Assembly: GCA_949746285.1 (NCBI GenBank)
Contig: CATJZH010000135.1
Coordinates: 1 to 34,684 of the forward strand
Direction: 5' to 3'
Source: an uncultured Clostridia bacterium
GTDB taxonomy: Bacteria; Bacillota; Clostridia; TANB77; CAG-508
Length of the DNA: 34,684 bases
Every line of letters starts with the position of its first letter. Positions within the stretch are counted from its first letter, which is position 1. The notes under the pieces are model-generated. The model made no database searches and was not told where the DNA came from. It worked only from the letters and a program-made list of their open reading frames with translations. Made by a program: the position numbers and the translations under genes. This document shows, piece after piece, positions 34,376 to 34,684 of this stretch.

Positions 34376-34684
34376 TTAACAACGATTTTTGATAAAAAAA
34401 GAATCGTTGTTTTTTTGCGTTCTGAAGGTAGAGAATAAAATAAATAGGCTGGTAATAAAAATAATTTTAGAAGCATAGACAGCATAGTTTATTATTCCAG
34501 AAGACTGTGTGAAAATAGAAAATATCTTTTCAGCAAGTGCATATATAATAAATGAAAATAATATTTCTAAAATTGTTACAAAAACCAGTGATTTTATTAA
34601 AGTCTTTTTATTTCTATATATTTGTTTATTAAAAACTAAAATAATAATAGGAAGTATTATTATTATATATAATATTAAATTTAA
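34376..34684 (-). CDS. Hypothetical polytopic membrane protein, 3' portion; the 5' end lies beyond the window
   Basis: Hand translation of the - strand is open from the window edge to TAA at 34376-34378: LNLILYIIIILPIIILVFNKQIYRNKKTLIKSLVFVTILEILFSFIIYALAEKIFSIFTQSSGIINYAVYASKIIFITSLFILFSTFRTQKNNDSFFIKNRC. I recognise no family. AT-rich sequence can produce such ORFs by chance. Confidence 0.3.
   Translation of the reverse strand, partial: LNLILYIIIILPIIILVFNKQIYRNKKTLIKSLVFVTILEILFSFIIYALAEKIFSIFTQSSGIINYAVYASKIIFITSLFILFSTFRTQKNNDSFFIKNRC
34378..34417 (+). terminator. Rho-independent terminator for the thioredoxin-fold gene
   Basis: Perfect 10-bp stem, aacaacgatt (34378-34387) with aatcgttgtt (34402-34411), extendable by tt/aa pairs, followed by a T-run to 34416. 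Confidence 0.7.

Noticed and set aside
34255-34485. 76-aa - strand ORF from the track, considered as an independent gene.
   Set aside because: A stop codon lies two codons upstream of its Met and no RBS is evident. It overlaps a frame that is open to the window edge and contains the + strand terminator hairpin. I treat it as spurious, or as the downstream half of a frameshifted gene (see findings).
1-34684. DGR template repeat, reverse transcriptase or Avd; CRISPR arrays; tRNA or rRNA genes; transposases or integrases, anywhere in the window.
   Set aside because: By eye, no second GC-rich block resembling 7141-7269 exists on either strand. No ORF carries RT (YxDD) or recombinase motifs. No regularly spaced repeat-spacer array or cloverleaf-capable GC-rich segment was seen. 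A computational scan could still find something I missed.

Overview
This is a very AT-rich, Firmicutes/Clostridia-like chromosomal window, coded almost entirely on the + strand. It starts with the 3' end of a sortase gene. A housekeeping block follows: nrdD-nrdG-prs, then rpsU, which is too short for the supplied ORF track. Next is a membrane-anchored FGE-sulfatase/C-type-lectin-fold protein. Two cell-wall genes lie on the - strand: an SH3+CAP/YkwD-like protein and an S11 D-Ala-D-Ala carboxypeptidase. After these comes a 1279-aa thioester-domain adhesin with DUF11-like repeats, then a membrane protein with four Ig-like repeats, then a REC-GGDEF protein with a GGDDF motif. ktrB/ktrA-like K+ uptake genes and a small membrane protein follow. 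A 3918-aa mosaic surface protein comes next; together the two adhesin genes occupy about 45% of the window. The window ends with a DUF4143-type ATPase, a ComEC-like MBL hydrolase paired with DUF3006, and a cysteine-less thioredoxin-fold protein. I found no rRNA or tRNA genes, CRISPR arrays, transposases or integrases. The strongest signal is a 129-nt block at the 3' end of the FGE-domain gene (7141-7269). It is GC-rich and has no adenine at any third codon position, which matches a diversity-generating retroelement (DGR) variable region. No template repeat or reverse transcriptase is present in this window. Other points of interest are a 187-bp near-perfect palindrome with 34-bp perfect arms, three 23-bp tandem iterons next to a promoter, non-canonical cell-wall sorting signals, and several degenerate or truncated signalling domains. 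All domain calls come from motif recognition by eye; no database search was run.
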